Assembly: GCA_947085655.1 (NCBI GenBank)
Contig: CAMTXH010000010.1
Coordinates: 18,015 to 82,014, forward strand
Source of the DNA: an uncultured Omnitrophica bacterium
GTDB lineage: Bacteria > Omnitrophota > Gorgyraeia > JACQQV01
DNA: 64,000 nucleotides
Reading direction: 5' to 3'
Positions 28,957 to 40,140 of the stretch are shown piece by piece. The notes under the pieces are model-generated. The model was given only the letters and a program-made list of their open reading frames with translations. It did not search any database and was not told the DNA's origin. Position numbers and translations under genes: made by a program. Positions within the stretch are counted from its first letter, which is position 1. Every line of letters begins with the position of its first letter.

Positions 28957-30009
28957 CTATACCTCTTTGGCCACCAAGTCCCCCACTTCGGTCGTGGAGT
29001 AACCCATCTTTCCCGCCGAAAGACTCTTTAACTTTTGAGTCACCGTCTGGATGGCATTCTCGATCCGTGAGGCCGCCTTCGGCTCGCCCAGATACTCAAG
29101 CATGATCTGACCTGCGGCAATCGCCGCCAAAGGATTAATGACATTTTTGCCGGTGTATTTCGGGGCGGACCCGCCGATCGGCTCGAACATGGAGACCCCT
29201 TCCGGATTCAAGTTGCCGCCTGCGGCAATTCCCATGCCTCCCTGAATCATCGCACCGAGGTCCGTGATGATATCCCCGAACATGTTATCCGTCACAATCA
29301 CATCAAACCATTCCGGATTCTTCACCATCCACATGCAGGTCGCATCCACATGGGCATAATCGGTCGTCACATCCGGGTAATCCTTCGCGACCTGGTTGAA
29401 TACCCGCTGCCAGAGGTCATGCGCATAGTTCAAGACGTTTGTTTTTCCGCAGAAGGTCAGTTTCTTTTTCTTATTCCGTTTCCGGGTGTATTCAAAGGCA
29501 AAGCGGATGCACCGCTCCGCTCCTTTGTACGTGTTGATCGACTCCTGAATCGCCGTCTCCTCCTTTGTCCCTTTCTTTTCGAAGCGCCCGATTCCCTTAT
29601 AGAGCCCTTCCGTATTCTCGCGGACCACCACAAAATCGATTTCCTCTGGGCCCTTATCCTTGAGAGGCGTCCAGACTCCCGGATAGAGTTTCACCGGACG
29701 GAGATTGATGTACTGATCCAGATCAAAGCGGATCTTAAGGAGAATCCCCCGCTCGAGAATTCCGGGCGCCACATCCGGGTGCCCGATCGCCCCAAGGTAG
29801 ATGGCATCCTTTTTCCGGAACTCCGAAAGGGCCGCATCCGGAAGGATTTCCTTTGTCTTCAAATAATGGATGCCGCCGTAAGGGTACGTTTCAAAGTCAA
29901 ACGCCACCCCGTCCCGTTTCCCGACCGCATTCAAGACCTTGATTCCCTCCCGAATCACTTCAGGGCCGGTTCCGTCCCCAGGAATGACCGCAATCTGATA
30001 CCGTTTCAT
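28957..30009 (-). CDS. leuB: 3-isopropylmalate dehydrogenase
   Basis: [13 protein letters not shown]...VRENTEGLY...isocitrate/IPM dehydrogenase motif NMFGDIITD. Confidence 0.9.
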   Translation of the reverse strand: MKRYQIAVIPGDGTGPEVIREGIKVLNAVGKRDGVAFDFETYPYGGIHYLKTKEILPDAALSEFRKKDAIYLGAIGHPDVAPGILERGILLKIRFDLDQYINLRPVKLYPGVWTPLKDKGPEEIDFVVVRENTEGLYKGIGRFEKKGTKEETAIQESINTYKGAERCIRFAFEYTRKRNKKKKLTFCGKTNVLNYAHDLWQRVFNQVAKDYPDVTTDYAHVDATCMWMVKNPEWFDVIVTDNMFGDIITDLGAMIQGGMGIAAGGNLNPEGVSMFEPIGGSAPKYTGKNVINPLAAIAAGQIMLEYLGEPKAASRIENAIQTVTQKLKSLSAGKMGYSTTEVGDLVAKEV

Positions 30010-30542
30010 TTCCGGAGCATCCTTTTTGCGTATTCAAACACATCCCCCGCCTCCAGAATCTCCCGGACCGCACCGATCGGGCGGAGGGTGTATGTTTTGT
30101 TTTGGGTGAAATTTTTCATTTTCGATTCCGAAAGCGAAATTTCCACCTCATCCCCGGTCTTCACCTTGTCGCAGAGCCGCTCTTCGCTTTCCAGAGGAAT
30201 CAAAAGGGCCGCGTTGACGCTATTCCTGAAAAAAATCCGGGCATAGTAGGAAGCGACCACCGCCCTCACCCCGGAGGCGTTCAGCGCCCCGGGTGCCTGC
30301 GCGCGGGAAGAGCCGCATCCGAAATTCTCCCCCGCCACAATAACGGTGTAAGGGGATTTCCCCCTTTTTTTGTCGATAAAGGGGGGCAATGTCTCCGGAA
30401 GCCCTTCGAGGGCATGGCTCCCCAATTCATCCTTTTGCGCGGGATTGGTGTGGCTTAGGTTCAGGTATTGGGCCGGAATGATGACATCCGTGTCGATGTT
30501 ATCTCCCAACACATACGCTTTTCCGGTAATTCGGTCTTCCAT
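30006..30542 (-). CDS. leuD: 3-isopropylmalate dehydratase small subunit
   Basis: DNIDTDVIIP...GENFGCGSSR. Confidence 0.88.
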   Translation of the reverse strand: MEDRITGKAYVLGDNIDTDVIIPAQYLNLSHTNPAQKDELGSHALEGLPETLPPFIDKKRGKSPYTVIVAGENFGCGSSRAQAPGALNASGVRAVVASYYARIFFRNSVNAALLIPLESEERLCDKVKTGDEVEISLSESKMKNFTQNKTYTLRPIGAVREILEAGDVFEYAKRMLRK

Positions 30543-30558
30543 AATTCCTCGGCGACCC

Positions 30559-30864
30559 TTAGATCAGCCCCATCTTCCGTAAGCGTTTAAAGAGTTCTCG
30601 ATAGACCTCATCATCCCTGCGGATACCCACCTTTAGCACAAGGACTCGAACTTCTCTCTTGTAGATACGATAAATGACGCGGTAGTCTTCCACGCGAAGC
30701 CGGTAATATCCTTTAAACTCGCCTACAAGGGGCTTCCCATAATTTTCCGGATGACTGGTAAGCTTTTCCTCAATGGCTTGGAAAATTTTTCTGCGGATTC
30801 TGAGGTCCAACCCCTTTAAGTCCTCGGTAATGACCAAGGGATGGATGGCGACTTCCCACATCAA
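30559..30864 (-). CDS. RelE/ParE-family type II toxin
   Basis: 101 aa; YRLRVEDYRVIYRIYKREVRVLVLKVGIRRDDEVY. Confidence 0.8.
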   Translation of the reverse strand: MMWEVAIHPLVITEDLKGLDLRIRRKIFQAIEEKLTSHPENYGKPLVGEFKGYYRLRVEDYRVIYRIYKREVRVLVLKVGIRRDDEVYRELFKRLRKMGLI

Positions 30865-31140
30865 TTAGCAAATCCCTGCCCGTTTCTTCGCTTCCTGCAA
30901 AGAAAGAGGTTTCCCCTTTCTCTCTCTCTGCTTTGCCAAGGCCGCAAGACCATAGTCTTCAATGAACTCAAGGAGCGATTCCAAGCGCTCAAATTCCTCG
31001 ATAGAAAGGAGCATCGCAACAGGTTTATTGCGTTTTTCAATCATCACGTGATGCTTCTTGATTTCTTCTAAGATCGCATCGATCTTTGTTCGAAACTCGG
31101 AGACCCCCACTAACGTCGTATCTTCCTTTACTGTAATCAT
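30865..31140 (-). CDS. Phd/YefM-family antitoxin
   Basis: start set at MITVKED (GGGGGTG SD); VGVSEFRTKIDAILEEI...VMIEKRNKPVAMLLSIEEFERL; stop lies adjacent to the toxin start. Confidence 0.75.
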   Translation of the reverse strand: MITVKEDTTLVGVSEFRTKIDAILEEIKKHHVMIEKRNKPVAMLLSIEEFERLESLLEFIEDYGLAALAKQRERKGKPLSLQEAKKRAGIC

Positions 31141-31159
31141 GCCGGTCACCCCCACATAC

Positions 31160-31188
31160 AGTATATCATGGGTCTTTTGAATTGTCAA
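31160..31188 (-). promoter_or_regulatory. near-consensus sigma70 promoter of the antitoxin-toxin pair
   Basis: minus strand TTGACA(31188-31183)-17 nt-TATACT(31165-31160); the ORF track's apparent TTG start is the -35 box. Confidence 0.6.
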
Positions 31189-31232
31189 ATAAATATACTA
31201 TTTAATTTAACTTTCAATAACCTATTTTAAGC

Positions 31233-31367
31233 CTATGAGTTACACCTCTCTTTAGGCTTCCAAATCGGAATCTTAAAGCGCACTCTGAGATCCCGATCCA
31301 ACATGACCCTTTTTCCGCGAATCTGGAAAATCTTACTTTCTATCTTTTCAACCGGAGCCAACTCCAT
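31233..31367 (-). pseudogene. truncated ORF6N-domain (phage antirepressor-type) gene fragment, 44 codons
   Basis: TAGGAGGTAGGAG SD then MELAPVEKIESKIFQIRGKRVMLDRDLRVRFKIPIWKPKERCNS*. This matches the N-terminal IxxKIxxIRGxxVMLDxDLA hallmark of ORF6N proteins but stops after about 44 aa. AT-rich. Confidence 0.5.
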
Positions 31368-31447
31368 CTCCTACCTCCTATGGGCATAGAACCTTTGAGT
31401 GGCTCCGTTTTAGATTGCTATCAAAGAACGATGTTTCAAAATCCGAA

Positions 31448-32776
31448 TTACAAGAATTCTCGTGGATCCGTAATATGCCCTGTAATCGCTGATGCTGCTA
31501 CCGTGTACGGTGAAGCGAGATAAATCTGCGCCTTTTTGGATCCCATCCGGCCGACAAAATTCCGGTTCGTGGTGGTAATCACCACCGTCGTATCGGCCGC
31601 CCTCCCGATCGTATCGGCCGGGCCGCCGAGGCAGGCCTGGCATCCGGGCGGCATCGGTCCCTTGGCCCCCGATTCCTGGAAAATGGCGGCGAGTGTCTCG
31701 CCGTCAACCTTTTCGCGATGCAAATCGTCATAAATCTCCTTGGTCGCCGGCACGATAAAGGTTTCGATCTTGACCTTCTTTCCCTTCAGCACCTTGGCGG
31801 CCGCCCTGAAATCGGTGATTTTCCCTCCGGTGCAGGATCCGATATATGCCCTGTTCAGCGAAATATCCTTCAATTTCCGCGCCGTGTCATAGTTGTCGGG
31901 TGAATGCGGTTTGGCAATGCTCGGTTCGATCTCGCTTGCCTTGAATTCATGGATAGACGCATACCGGGCATCCGGGTCGCTTTTCACCACTTCAAAGGGC
32001 TTCTCGCTCCGCTCCCTGACATAGGCGAGGATATTTTCCGTCGGAGGAATGACGCCGTTTTTCCCCCCTGCTTCAATCACCATGTTGCAGAGGGTCATTT
32101 TCTCCTCAACGCTCAAACTTTCCACCCCTTCGCCGGTAAATTCCATCGCCTTGTAAGTGGCGCCCCCGATTCCGATAGTGCCGATGATTTTAAGAATCAG
32201 GTCCTTCGCCATCAAATAAGAGGGCAGTTTCCCGTGCACCACGAATTTCATCGTCGGAGGGACTTTCACCCAAAGTTTCCCGAGTCCCAAAATGAGCGCC
32301 GCATCCGCGTCCCCGATTCCGGTTGCAAAAGTCCCGAACGCCCCCGAAGTGCAGGTATGGGAATCGGTCCCGAAGAGAATCTCGCCGGGGCGGTTATGTC
32401 CTTTCTGGGCAAGGGCGATGTGACAGACGCCGGTATAGGTGTCGGAGAGTGTCTCAAACGTCCCCATGAAATCCTCCCCCACATCGTAGAAATATTTCAG
32501 CCCCTGTTCCTTCGCAAACCGGCGGACGAGGGCGATGTTCTCCTCCGATTTTTTGTCCTGGGTAAAGATGAAGTGGTCCGGGATAATCACCACTTTATCC
32601 GGATCCCAGACCTTTGCATCCGCCCCGAACTTTTCGTAGAAGACATTGACCGCACCGGGTCCGCAAATATCATGGGTCATGAGGACATCCGTCTCCACCC
32701 AGATATTCTCGCCCGGTTCCGCCTTCCGTTTCCCGGCCCCCCGGGCCAGGATTTTTTCGGTCATCGTCATTCCCAT
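31448..32776 (-). CDS. leuC: 3-isopropylmalate dehydratase large subunit (short aconitase-family form)
   Basis: MTMTEKIL...DVLMTHD...GTDSHT...Fe-S cysteines GSCTGG / CQAC. Confidence 0.88.
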   Translation of the reverse strand: MGMTMTEKILARGAGKRKAEPGENIWVETDVLMTHDICGPGAVNVFYEKFGADAKVWDPDKVVIIPDHFIFTQDKKSEENIALVRRFAKEQGLKYFYDVGEDFMGTFETLSDTYTGVCHIALAQKGHNRPGEILFGTDSHTCTSGAFGTFATGIGDADAALILGLGKLWVKVPPTMKFVVHGKLPSYLMAKDLILKIIGTIGIGGATYKAMEFTGEGVESLSVEEKMTLCNMVIEAGGKNGVIPPTENILAYVRERSEKPFEVVKSDPDARYASIHEFKASEIEPSIAKPHSPDNYDTARKLKDISLNRAYIGSCTGGKITDFRAAAKVLKGKKVKIETFIVPATKEIYDDLHREKVDGETLAAIFQESGAKGPMPPGCQACLGGPADTIGRAADTTVVITTTNRNFVGRMGSKKAQIYLASPYTVAASAITGHITDPREFL

Positions 32777-32793
32777 CTGATTACCCTTTAAAA

Positions 32794-33588
32794 TTATGTT
32801 CCGATGATTCCTTCAACCGGACTTGAAGCGGAAGCGTACCTTTTCCTCGGAATCCGGCCCGCCTCAAAAGCGAGCCGGCCCGCCTCCACCGCCAGTTTCA
32901 TGGCGCGCGCCATCTTGACCGGATCTTTGGCGCCCGCGATCGCCGTATTCATCAACACACCGTCCGCCCCCAGTTCCATCGCAACAGAAGCATCCGACGC
33001 GGTTCCGACCCCCGCATCCACAATCACCGGAATCGACACCGCTTCCTTAATAAAGGTAATGTTCAGCCGGTTCTGAATCCCCATGCCGGAGCCGATCGGG
33101 GCGGCAAGCGGCATCACACAGGCGGCCCCTGCTCCCTCCAGTTTCTTAGCCATAATCGGGTCGTCGTTCGTATACGGCATCACGATAAATCCCTCTTTCA
33201 CCAACACGCGGGTTGCGGCAAGGAGCGCTTCGTTGTCCGGAAGAAGGGTCTTTTCATCGCCGATCACTTCCAGTTTAATCAGATTCGTCCCGACCGCCTC
33301 GCGCGCCAGATGTGCAGTCCGGATCGCATCCTCCGCGGTATAGCATCCCGCCGTATTCGGAAGGAGGGTGAAACGTTTCCGGTCGATGTAATCCAAGAGC
33401 GATTCTTTGGTCGGGTCGTCCAAATTGACCCGCCGCACGGCGACCGTCACCATCTCCGCCCCGGAGGCCTCATGGGCCTTTTGCATCAGTTTGAAATCAG
33501 CATATTTGCCGGTGCCGACAATCAGCCGGGAATGAAACACCCGCTCCCCAATCACCAAGCCCTCAACCGCTTGCTTCACCTGCACCAT
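32794..33588 (-). CDS. thiG: thiazole synthase
   Basis: [15 protein letters not shown]...[10 protein letters not shown]...[12 protein letters not shown]. Confidence 0.9.
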   Translation of the reverse strand: MVQVKQAVEGLVIGERVFHSRLIVGTGKYADFKLMQKAHEASGAEMVTVAVRRVNLDDPTKESLLDYIDRKRFTLLPNTAGCYTAEDAIRTAHLAREAVGTNLIKLEVIGDEKTLLPDNEALLAATRVLVKEGFIVMPYTNDDPIMAKKLEGAGAACVMPLAAPIGSGMGIQNRLNITFIKEAVSIPVIVDAGVGTASDASVAMELGADGVLMNTAIAGAKDPVKMARAMKLAVEAGRLAFEAGRIPRKRYASASSPVEGIIGT

Positions 33589-33669
33589 TTTCGTAACTCC
33601 TTGAAAATAAAAGTGTTGGAAATTTTCTTAAAACGAGACGAACATTCTCTTTTACTTCTCAAATTATTT

Positions 33670-33698
33670 ATTATAACGTAGATTGTTTCGGGATGCAA
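33670..33698 (-). promoter_or_regulatory. sigma70 promoter of thiG
   Basis: minus strand TTGCAT(33698-33693)-17 nt-TATAAT(33675-33670); AGGAG SD before the ATG; no TPP-riboswitch motifs (CUGAGA) seen. Confidence 0.55.
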
Positions 33699-33710
33699 GG
33701 ATTCGGGAAT

Positions 33711-34514
33711 TTAGCGCCGTTTTCCGAAACGGGGCATCGCCCCAAGGAGCTTTTGGGTATAAGGATGGGCAGGATGGGTAAAAAGATTCTCGGTGGATGC
33801 GACCTCCACCACCTTTCCGAAGCACATCACCACCACCCGGTCGGTGAGACTTTCCAGGACCCCGAGGTTGTGGGTAATAAAAAGGTAGGTGAGTTGATAT
33901 TTTTTCTGGAGGGAAAGAAGGAGATTCAGAACCTGCGCCTGCACCGAAAGGTCCAGAGAAGAGACCGGTTCATCCAGAATCAGCACCTCCGGCCCGGTCG
34001 CAAGGGCTCTCGCAATTCCGATCCGCTGGCGCTGTCCCCCCGAAAAAGCATGGGGAAATCGCCGGGCATGCTCTGGTTCAAGTCCCACCTGTTTTAAAAG
34101 TTCCGATACCCGGCCGGGGATTTCGCTGGGCTTGGTGAGTCCGTGGATCCAGAGCGGCTCTCCGATCATCTCTCCGATCCGCATCCTCGGATTAAGCGAA
34201 CCGAAGGGATCTTGAAAGACCGGTTGCACCCGACGGCGGAATATCTTCCACTCTTTCCGGGAAAAGGAAGAGAGGGTTTTTCCTTCAAAGACAACCTCTC
34301 CGGCTGTCGGAACGTCGAGCCCGAGGAGAAGCCGCGCCAAAGTTGATTTGCCGCACCCCGATTCCCCCACAAGGCCCAAGGTCTCGCCCCGGTAAAGAGA
34401 AAGATCGACTCCGTCAACCGCTTTGACCCACCCAAGCGCTCTCCCAGCCAATCCTCCCTTGAGAGGAAAATACCGCTTGAGAGAACGGGCCTCGAAAAGG
34501 GCGCCGTTTTTCAT
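33711..34514 (-). CDS. oligo/dipeptide ABC transporter ATP-binding protein (OppF/DppF-like)
   Basis: Walker [10 protein letters not shown]; LSGGQRQR; Walker [11 protein letters not shown]. Confidence 0.88.
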   Translation of the reverse strand: MKNGALFEARSLKRYFPLKGGLAGRALGWVKAVDGVDLSLYRGETLGLVGESGCGKSTLARLLLGLDVPTAGEVVFEGKTLSSFSRKEWKIFRRRVQPVFQDPFGSLNPRMRIGEMIGEPLWIHGLTKPSEIPGRVSELLKQVGLEPEHARRFPHAFSGGQRQRIGIARALATGPEVLILDEPVSSLDLSVQAQVLNLLLSLQKKYQLTYLFITHNLGVLESLTDRVVVMCFGKVVEVASTENLFTHPAHPYTQKLLGAMPRFGKRR

Positions 34515-35488
34515 GATGGTCCCTTCGGGAATTTGGCCACCTTCTCCGCTTCGAAACAGGAAAACCGGTGGCCTGCCTTCTCTTCGTCAGGGGGATATTC
34601 CGTCTCGCATTTCGAAACCTTGAAGGAACATCTCGGGTGAAAATGGCAGCCCTTCGGAAGATCGCTCGGGTCCGGCAAAGAGCCCGAAATCGCCGTGAGT
34701 TCCGATTTCCGGAGTCCCGGTTTCGGGACACACCCGATCAGTCCGAGGGTATAAGGATGAAGGGGGCTTTGCAACACCTCCTCGGTCCGGCCCTTTTCCA
34801 CAATTTTTCCGCAGTACATGATGGCCGCCGAATCGGAGACCTGGGAGACGAGACTCAAATCGTGCGTGATAAAAAGGAGTCCGATACCGGTCTCCTCCTT
34901 CAACTTGATTAAGAGGGAGAGGATTTCATCCTGAATCGTCACATCGAGTGCCGTGGTCGGCTCATCCGCAATCAAAAGACGGGGATGCGAAGCAAGCGCC
35001 ATCGCAATCATGACCCGCTGCTTCATCCCGCCGGAGAGTTCATGCGGATAAGAGCGGAGCCGCCTCTCCGGCTCCCGGATTCCGACCCGCGAAAGGAGCG
35101 AAACACTCTCTTCTTTCGCCTCTTTCGAAGTCATCCGGCGGTGGAGTTGAAGCACTTCCCCGATCTGATCTCCGACCGAAAAGACCGGATTCAAGGAAGT
35201 GGCCGGCTCCTGAAAAATGTAGGCGATCTTTCCCCCGCGGACCCGGCGGAGTTCCACTTCCGGAAGCGCCAAAAGGTCCCGTCCCTCAAACAAGATATTC
35301 CCCTTCTCAATTTTTGCCGGCACACCCAGGAGCCGGGTGATGGAGAGCGCCGTGACACTTTTTCCGCATCCTGACTCCCCCACCAGCGCCAAAAATTCCC
35401 CTTCGTTCAGAGTGAGGCGAACGCCGTTCACCGCCTTCACCGGGCCAAAGGAGACATGCAGGTCCCGAATTTCAAGAAGAGGGCTCAT
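34511..35488 (-). CDS. oligo/dipeptide ABC transporter ATP-binding protein (OppD/DppD-like)
   Basis: [10 protein letters not shown]; LSGGMKQR; C-terminal oligopeptide-ABC extension. Confidence 0.88.
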   Translation of the reverse strand: MSPLLEIRDLHVSFGPVKAVNGVRLTLNEGEFLALVGESGCGKSVTALSITRLLGVPAKIEKGNILFEGRDLLALPEVELRRVRGGKIAYIFQEPATSLNPVFSVGDQIGEVLQLHRRMTSKEAKEESVSLLSRVGIREPERRLRSYPHELSGGMKQRVMIAMALASHPRLLIADEPTTALDVTIQDEILSLLIKLKEETGIGLLFITHDLSLVSQVSDSAAIMYCGKIVEKGRTEEVLQSPLHPYTLGLIGCVPKPGLRKSELTAISGSLPDPSDLPKGCHFHPRCSFKVSKCETEYPPDEEKAGHRFSCFEAEKVAKFPKGPS

Positions 35489-36669
35489 TGGGGAATCCAG
35501 CCGATTTTCTGAAGATGGCGAAAAATGATTAGAGCGGCCAATTGATGGCCCTTTTCATTCCAATGTCCGTCTCCTGCAAAAACGAATTTCCTCTTCCCTT
35601 GGCTTTCACGGACAAAAGGGCCGATCGCATCGATATATTCGATGTCCTCTGCCTCTACAAACGACCTGATCTTTGTTTCTCGTTCGGCTTCCTCGATCCC
35701 TTCCGCGTACTCAGTAAAGGCGAATCGAATTCCCCTCTCGTCACAGACCGACTTCATCGCCCGAATCAATGCCTCTGTGATCTTTCTTGCTTCATCGGAG
35801 ACAGGCGTAAATCGCGGCCGTGGGGGATGGGGATAGGCGAATCCCGCCTTCACCATGATGCGATCAATCACCTCGATCTGGCGGAGGGCCGGAATCAGTC
35901 GACGGTACAAGAGGGACTTTCCTTTTAGAAACCATTTGAACCTAAGGAAGAGGGGATCCGATGCATCGGGAACCTCCGCTAAAAAGGCCCTTTCCTCAAG
36001 AAGGGCCTCATTGCGAGAACGTTCATCTTCTTCAAGAGACATCTGCCATAGATCGAAGGATTCAAAGGTCTGGGGAACCGGCACCCCTTTCAGAGAAAGC
36101 CGGCCGTCTTCCAGCAAAAAATAGGATTTGCCGAATTTCCGCTTGGGTTTGTGGATCGTGATGTTATTTTCGTCATCGTTCGGCACATAAATATAGAGAA
36201 CGATATCCGGGTCGTATCCGATTCCTTCGCGGGTCAAAAAGAGATAACTCTGATCGGTTCCGTACCCCCTGACCCCTGCATTGATGACCTCGGAGGGGGT
36301 CACGGAATCGATCAATCTTTCCAAAACAGAATCGATGACCTTTTCTTTTTCCACTTCCATCCCAAGGGCCACCGAGTCTCCCAAGAGGAGGATCCGAAGA
36401 GTCCCTTCCGGTTTTTGGATCGAAAATTCATTGTCTCTCAGACTCTGGGAGTTGATCGTTGCGGGCGCCCGAATTCGAAGATGCCGGTTCGAAAAAACGG
36501 CCTTCGCATTCGGTTGAAATCGCCAGCCCAAAACAGGATCGTAACGCCAGAGGAGTTCCTCGCCAGTCACCTCGCCGTAGAAAAGAGACTCGTAAGCCCT
36601 TAACACCCCCTCTGCGATCAGGCAGGTAACCGTAACGGAGAAGAAGACAAGCAAAATTTTTTTCATCAT
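35485..36669 (-). CDS. secreted/membrane-anchored SGNH (GDSL) hydrolase
   Basis: N-terminal hydrophobic segment; LLGDSVALG block I; GVRGYGTDQ; DGHWNEKGH block V; embedded between oppC and oppD with overlapping stops. Confidence 0.7.
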   Translation of the reverse strand: MMKKILLVFFSVTVTCLIAEGVLRAYESLFYGEVTGEELLWRYDPVLGWRFQPNAKAVFSNRHLRIRAPATINSQSLRDNEFSIQKPEGTLRILLLGDSVALGMEVEKEKVIDSVLERLIDSVTPSEVINAGVRGYGTDQSYLFLTREGIGYDPDIVLYIYVPNDDENNITIHKPKRKFGKSYFLLEDGRLSLKGVPVPQTFESFDLWQMSLEEDERSRNEALLEERAFLAEVPDASDPLFLRFKWFLKGKSLLYRRLIPALRQIEVIDRIMVKAGFAYPHPPRPRFTPVSDEARKITEALIRAMKSVCDERGIRFAFTEYAEGIEEAERETKIRSFVEAEDIEYIDAIGPFVRESQGKRKFVFAGDGHWNEKGHQLAALIIFRHLQKIGWIPQ

Positions 36670-37490
36670 TAGATTTGATCCCGCAGCCGGGGATCCAAGA
36701 GATCCCGAAGTCCCTCCCCGAGGAGGTTATACGCCAAAACGGTGACGAGAATCGCAAGTCCCGGGAAAAGCATCAACCACCAAGCAACATCTAAAACAGA
36801 TTTTCCCTCAATCAAAATACTGCCCCAGCTTACCCTTGGAGGCTGCACGCCGATCCCCAGAAAACTCAACACCGATTCTGTCAAAATGGCTCCGGCGATT
36901 CCAAGGGTCGCGCTCACTAGGACCGGGGTGATCCCATTCGGAATGAGATGACGCACAATAATCCGAAAAGGGCTCGCGCCAATTGCGCGGGCCGCGAGGA
37001 TAAACTCTTGCTCCTTCAACGACAAAATTTCAGCGCGGATAAAGCGCGCGACTCCCATCCAACTGGTAATCCCGATAACCACCATCACATTAAATATGTT
37101 CGGGCCAAGAATGGCAATGATCGCAAGGATCAAAAAGAGGGTCGGAAAACAAAGCATCACGTCTACAAAACGCATGATCAGAGTGTCGAGGCGACCTCCA
37201 AAATAGCCGGCGATCGAACCGAGAAAGATCCCGATCAAAACAGAAATCCCCACCGCCACAAATCCGACCGAAAGGGAGATCCTTGCTCCATAAAGCATCC
37301 GAGAAAAAACATCCCTTCCTAACTGATCTGTCCCCAGTAAGTGTTCCCGGGAGGGTCCTGTCAGGCGACTAGAAAGATCTATCTCGGAGGGGTCATAGGG
37401 CGCAAGGAGGGGGGCCAACAGGGCGATAACGACTAAGAACCCGATTAGAACCGTCCCAAAAAGTGCAAGTTTATTTCGAAAAAGTGTCAT
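36669..37490 (-). CDS. oligo/dipeptide ABC transporter permease (OppC/DppC-like)
   Basis: 6 TM helices; binding-protein-dependent transport EAA-type loop. Confidence 0.85.
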   Translation of the reverse strand: MTLFRNKLALFGTVLIGFLVVIALLAPLLAPYDPSEIDLSSRLTGPSREHLLGTDQLGRDVFSRMLYGARISLSVGFVAVGISVLIGIFLGSIAGYFGGRLDTLIMRFVDVMLCFPTLFLILAIIAILGPNIFNVMVVIGITSWMGVARFIRAEILSLKEQEFILAARAIGASPFRIIVRHLIPNGITPVLVSATLGIAGAILTESVLSFLGIGVQPPRVSWGSILIEGKSVLDVAWWLMLFPGLAILVTVLAYNLLGEGLRDLLDPRLRDQI

Positions 37491-38479
37491 CCTGCCGGTC
37501 TTTCCTCTCCGAGGATCCGGATTCTCGGGTCCACGAGGCCATACGCAACGTCTGCCAAAAGATTCCCCAACAGAGTGAGAACTGCACCCATTACAAGCCC
37601 ACCCATGACAAGAGGATAATCCCGTGCCATGACTCCCTCAAAAAAGAGTCTTCCCAGCCCAGGAATGCCGAAGATCGTTTCAGAGATGACAGCGCCTCCA
37701 AGCAGCCCCGGAAGTGACAATCCTAAAATGGTCACGATAGGAAGAAGGGCATTCCGGAGGGCATGTTTGTAAATCACGAGTCCTTCCGGGAGCCCTTTGG
37801 CCCGGGCGGTCCGGATGTAGTCCTGCCGGATCACATTCAGCATGCTCCCCCGCATGTAACGAGAAATCCCGGCGAGACTTCCAGAAGTGGCAACAAAAAC
37901 CGGAAGAACTACATGTTTTCCGACATCGACCACTTGCTCCATCAAGGAGAAATGTTCGGTTCCAAAAGACCGGATCCCTGATACCGGAAGCCATCCCAAC
38001 TTTACCGAAAAAAGTTGCATCAGAAGAAGGGCCACCCAGAATCCAGGAGCCGCGAAACCGATAAAGACTAACACAGTGAGCGTTTTGTCTAGCAAAGAAT
38101 TGTGCCTCACAGCAGAAATAACACCAATGGGCAAGGCAACGAGGAAAACGATGATTAAAGAAAGAAAACTGAGGAAAAGAGTGATTGGGATGCGTTCCAC
38201 AATTTTGTCAAGGACGAGACGGTTGTCCTGAAAGGAGATTCCAAAATCGAATCGAACCAGGCGAGAAAGCCATCGCCAGTATTGCACATAAAGGGGTTGA
38301 TCGAGCCCGTAAAGCTTTTCGAGGCGCTGAATCGCTTCATAGGAAACCTTTGGATTCATCTCTGTTTGAAGTTGGGTCGGCTTCCCCGGAGCAAGGTGGA
38401 TCACCATAAAAGAAATGAGGGTAATGCCAATGAGAAGGGGAATCCGAGCCAGGAGCTGCTTTAACAGATAACGCTTCAT
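37487..38479 (-). CDS. oligo/dipeptide ABC transporter permease (OppB/DppB-like)
   Basis: start set at [16 protein letters not shown] (ATGA overlap with the oppA stop); 6 TM helices; EAA motif region ARAKGLPE. Confidence 0.85.
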   Translation of the reverse strand: MKRYLLKQLLARIPLLIGITLISFMVIHLAPGKPTQLQTEMNPKVSYEAIQRLEKLYGLDQPLYVQYWRWLSRLVRFDFGISFQDNRLVLDKIVERIPITLFLSFLSLIIVFLVALPIGVISAVRHNSLLDKTLTVLVFIGFAAPGFWVALLLMQLFSVKLGWLPVSGIRSFGTEHFSLMEQVVDVGKHVVLPVFVATSGSLAGISRYMRGSMLNVIRQDYIRTARAKGLPEGLVIYKHALRNALLPIVTILGLSLPGLLGGAVISETIFGIPGLGRLFFEGVMARDYPLVMGGLVMGAVLTLLGNLLADVAYGLVDPRIRILGEERPAG

Positions 38480-40140
38480 TGGGTTAGGTATTTCTGTTGG
38501 TGCTTTGGTACATACCACTTGATAAAGTTGTGACCGACGCCTAACGGTGCCAGTTCGATCCCCTTGAATCGTGCATGGAAAATCGGTAGGGCATCCGGAA
38601 CGTACAGGAACGTACACGGCTGATCCTCATAGATCATCCAGTGAAGGCGGTGGTAAATCGCCTTGCGCTTTTCCTGATCGAACGTCCGGCGCCCCTCCTC
38701 GATCAACTGGTCCACCGCTTCATTGTGATACTGAATAAAGTTGAATTCCCCTGCACGCGTTTTGGAGGAATGCCAGATATCGTAAAGATCCGGATCCCGT
38801 CCAAGACCCCATCCGAGGATAAATGCTTCAAACTTTTTTTGATCGATGAACTGAGAAATGAAAGCGGTCCACTCGATAATCCAAATCTTGACTCGGATTC
38901 CTAGTTTTTCCCATTGCCGCTGAGCAAGTTCCGCAATCATCTTCCGCTGCTCATTCCCCTGATTGGTAATCAGCGTAAACTCGAAGCGTTCCCCCTCTTT
39001 ATCCAGCCAGCCGTCCCCGTCATGATCCTCCCAGCCGGCCTCGGCCAAAAGGCGCTTTGCTTCATCCGGATCGTAAGGGAGAGGGGACACTTTCGGATTA
39101 TAGGCCCAAGACGTTGGTACAAAGGGACCGGTACTTTCCCGACCAAGTCCAAAGAGGATGCCATCGATAATCGCCTGGCGGTTGAGCCCCATGGTTAAAG
39201 CCTTTCGGACACGAAGATCCTTAAATCGCGGATCGGCAAGATTATAACCAATATAGGCATAAGAAAAACTCGGATAGCGGAACCTTTGATATGTTTCCTT
39301 AAAGAAGGGGCTCCCAGTCTGTCGTTGGTATTGAAGGGGCGTCAGATTCAGTGAATCGACGCCTTCGACCCGGAGCTCCAGAAAAAGAGTCGACTGATCG
39401 GGGATGACGCGGTCAAGATAGCCGTCAATATAGGGACGTCCTTCAAAATAATCGGGGTTTACCTCGAGTTCGACATATTGTGCTGTCTTCCACTCTTTGA
39501 AGCGATAGGGCCCTGTTCCGATGGGATTTCTGGAAAAAGGGGTATTAGTCAAATCTTCGTTCTCCAGGAGGTGCTTCGGCATGACGGCCATTCCCCAGCT
39601 CGCCAGTCCCGGCGAAAACGGCTCTTTGTAGGTGACTTTGACGGTGTGGGAATCGACGATTTCAACATCTTTCACTCTCTCAAAATCGCCGCTGTAAGGG
39701 GTGGGGACTTTGGGGTCGATCAGTTTCTGGTAGGTGAAGAGGACATCTTCGCTGGTAAAGGGGTAGCCGTCATGCCAGCGGACATTTTTCCGAAGATGAA
39801 AAGTGATTTCCAATCCATCTTCGCTCACCTCCCACCGTTCCGCAAGATCCCCCGTGAGCTCGATGTTTGCATCGTACTTCACCAAGCCGTTGAAGACCTG
39901 GCCCACGATGGTGGCGGATGCCCCGTCCGAAGCAAGGATCGGAATCAGATTCTTCGGCTCGGCAATGGATCCGGTGATGAACCGATCTCCGGTGACCGGG
40001 ATCGGATCGGCAGAAAACTGTTTTTCTTCGGGCAGGTCCGCCCCTCCGCAGCCGGAGAGGAAAAACAGGGAAAAAAAGAGGATTTGAAGCGGTTTTAAAA
40101 AAAAGAAGGGGGCTGAATTAGGGAGAGGGGGGTGTTGCAC
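38476..40140 (-). CDS. ABC transporter substrate-binding lipoprotein, family 5 (OppA/DppA-like)
   Basis: lipobox LSGCGG; 554-aa family-5 solute-binding-protein architecture. Confidence 0.85.
   Translation of the reverse strand: MQHPPLPNSAPFFFLKPLQILFFSLFFLSGCGGADLPEEKQFSADPIPVTGDRFITGSIAEPKNLIPILASDGASATIVGQVFNGLVKYDANIELTGDLAERWEVSEDGLEITFHLRKNVRWHDGYPFTSEDVLFTYQKLIDPKVPTPYSGDFERVKDVEIVDSHTVKVTYKEPFSPGLASWGMAVMPKHLLENEDLTNTPFSRNPIGTGPYRFKEWKTAQYVELEVNPDYFEGRPYIDGYLDRVIPDQSTLFLELRVEGVDSLNLTPLQYQRQTGSPFFKETYQRFRYPSFSYAYIGYNLADPRFKDLRVRKALTMGLNRQAIIDGILFGLGRESTGPFVPTSWAYNPKVSPLPYDPDEAKRLLAEAGWEDHDGDGWLDKEGERFEFTLITNQGNEQRKMIAELAQRQWEKLGIRVKIWIIEWTAFISQFIDQKKFEAFILGWGLGRDPDLYDIWHSSKTRAGEFNFIQYHNEAVDQLIEEGRRTFDQEKRKAIYHRLHWMIYEDQPCTFLYVPDALPIFHARFKGIELAPLGVGHNFIKWYVPKHQQKYLTQ

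Noticed and set aside
31904-32791. 295-aa plus-strand ORF
   Set aside because: Antisense to leuC; no motif support.
33589-33710. Possible TPP riboswitch upstream of thiG
   Set aside because: No CUGAGA / ACCUGAUCUGGAUAAUGCCAGCG-type conserved elements. The region instead shows a plain TTGCAT-17-TATAAT promoter and SD.
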